This document shows, piece after piece, positions 62,051-64,000 of a stretch of 64,000 nucleotides of DNA; the stretch's first letter is position 1; the number at the start of each line of letters is the position of its first letter. Under the pieces are notes generated by a model, which had not been told where the DNA came from, made no database searches, and saw nothing but the letters and a program-made list of their open reading frames with translations. A program made the position numbers and the translations under genes. This DNA is from Negaprion brevirostris (taxonomy: Eukaryota), in contig JARDVH010000042.1 of NCBI GenBank assembly GCA_030324005.1, positions 51,389,522 to 51,453,521 of the forward strand. Direction: 5' to 3'.

Positions 62051-63129
62051 AAAATCAAAAACCCAATTTTGTGCCAATACCCATTGCTGCTGTCAGAGGC
62101 AGGGATGAATGGAGAAGGGAGGCAGATGTCTCCGCGGGGTACCAAGATGGTCAAGATGTTGGCAAATGGGATCCAGTGCAATGTCAACCATTGACCCCGA
62201 CCATTCATATATAGCAGGCAGAGCTCTTANNNNNNNNNNNNNNNNNNNNNNNNNNNNNNNNNNNNNNNNNNNNNNNNNNNNNNNNNNNNNNNNNNNNNNN
62301 NNNNNNNNNNNNNNNNNNNNNNNNNNNNNNNNNNNNNNNNNNNNNNNNNNNNNNNNNNNNNNNNNNNNNNNNNNNNNNNNNNNNNNNNNNNNNNNNNNNN
62401 NNNNNNNNNNNNNNNNNNNNNNNNNNNNNNNNNNNNNNNNNNNNNNNNNNNNNNNNNNNNNNNNNNNNNNNNNNNNNNNNNNNNNNNNNNNNNNNNNNNN
62501 NNNNNNNTGTTTACCCCAGTCCAACGCCGGCATCTCCACATCATAACTTTTCTGCCTGCCATCAGACAGATTCCAGAAAAGAGGATTCTGCCTATTGTTT
62601 TTTCAAAGGCCATCAAGTAATTTTAAGACTGCTCATAAACAAGGATTCCAGCTGAGTTCAGCAGAACTGCAGTCAATCTCATTACCACGCATTAGAGATC
62701 TGAAATTTTACAGCAGGATAACAAAGCATGAACGAGCTCAACGAGTGGGTAGATCCTCCATTTCCTCCGCCCTCACTGAATCAAGATTGTTTTACAAAGA
62801 GATGGCAATGTTGTTCATAGTTTGAATTTCTGCAATTGTTCATTCCAAACAAGATGCCTGCTGCCAGCTGCATTATTTTTTGGTCCTGGAATAACTAATT
62901 TAGAGTTGATGGCTGGCCCTTTAAGTTATAGAGCACAACAAGCCCAATGCTTGGCTGATTAGGAATTTGAGGTATAGCCAGGGATGGGCAAGTATAGCCC
63001 CCAACCCACTTTTTCTCCATAATACGGACACTTCTTGCTAATTTTTTTCAAATTGTGGTGATCATAAAAAAAACAGATGATTTTTTCCCATTAAAATTTG
63101 AGCATCCGTTATAATTTTAAAACGTTACT

Positions 63130-63365
63130 GGGGCAGCACAGCGGTTAGCACTGCTCTCGGTGTCAGGGATCCAGTTTGGGTGACTGTGTGGAATTTGCAC
63201 GCTTTCCCTGTGTCTGCGTGGGTTTCCTCTGGGTGCTCCGGTTTCCTCCCACAGTCTAAAAATGTGTTGGTTAGGTGAACTGGCCATGCTAAATTGCCCC
63301 TTAGTTGTCAGGAGGACTAGCTAGGGTAAATACGTGGGGTTACAGGAATGGGCCTGGGTGTGCTT
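63130..63365 (+). mobile_element. HE1 SINE
   Basis: GGGGCAGCACAGCGGTTAGCACTGC head, V-domain, runs into an N gap. Confidence 0.9.
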
Positions 63366-64000
63366 NNNNNNNNNNNNNNNNNNNNNNNNNNNNNNNNNNN
63401 NNNNNNNNNNNNNNNNNNNNNNNNNTTCTAATCTGCACAGTGCATTACTTGATCAAATGCAAACCTCTGGGCATAACTCGTCACTTCCAATACTATGACC
63501 ACTTCAGTCTCAACATCATAAAAATTAATGGTTAAATATATAATTCAAAGAGTCTGAAATGCTAAAGCAGCAGTGTAACTGAACTTTAATCACGGTGAGT
63601 TGGTTCTCTCAGTCAGGGTGGTAGTATGGGTTCACAGGTAAAGCTCTCAGGCTGAGTTAGGGAAAGGGAAATTATCCAGCTTTCCTGTATATTTGGATAT
63701 CTAGCCAGACCAGGCAGTGGATCACCTGTGATCCAACAGGCACAAATCAATTCATAAAACAATGACAATTTAATTGAAGTGATAGAGACCAAATCACCAA
63801 AAATACGAGTTCAAAATTTGGATGCAGTGCATCCATTTGTTGGGCACTGGGGTAGTCATTGAGCTCCATAGCATGCTGTTGCCAAAAATCATGACAAACT
63901 ACATACTGATAAGTGGCACTGATTTGGCACCCATGCTGCCACCTTCAAACTCAATGCTTCAACTGACAGCCTCTGAACCCACATTTCCAAGCAGCAAGGA

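Overview
Vertebrate genomic DNA, almost certainly an elasmobranch (shark), judged from abundant HE1/V-SINEs, Deu-domain SINEs, CR1 and L2 LINE fragments and Penelope-type palindromes. The assembly is a gapped draft with many N runs. I found no intact protein-coding gene, rRNA, tRNA gene or CRISPR array. The main hidden structure is a decayed multi-exon gene on the minus strand: about 22 exon-like segments between about 3.6 kb and 48.6 kb (possibly starting near 52 kb), most still bounded by canonical AG/GT sites. They translate into protein-like sequence broken by stops and frameshifts and sum to more than 6 kb (more than 2000 aa). The 3' exons carry protein-kinase-like motifs (LAVKR, D-x4-N, LADFG) reminiscent of IRE1/RNase L kinases. 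I cannot name the gene. Other notable items are a U2-snRNA-headed multi-hairpin element with an A-rich tail at about 53.2-53.6 kb, a nested SINE/LINE stack containing a foreign 1.6-kb block, a 26-bp hairpin minisatellite grown from a MITE, and a 280-bp direct repeat flanking one exon. All translations and repeat family calls were made by eye from recalled consensus sequences and need computational confirmation.
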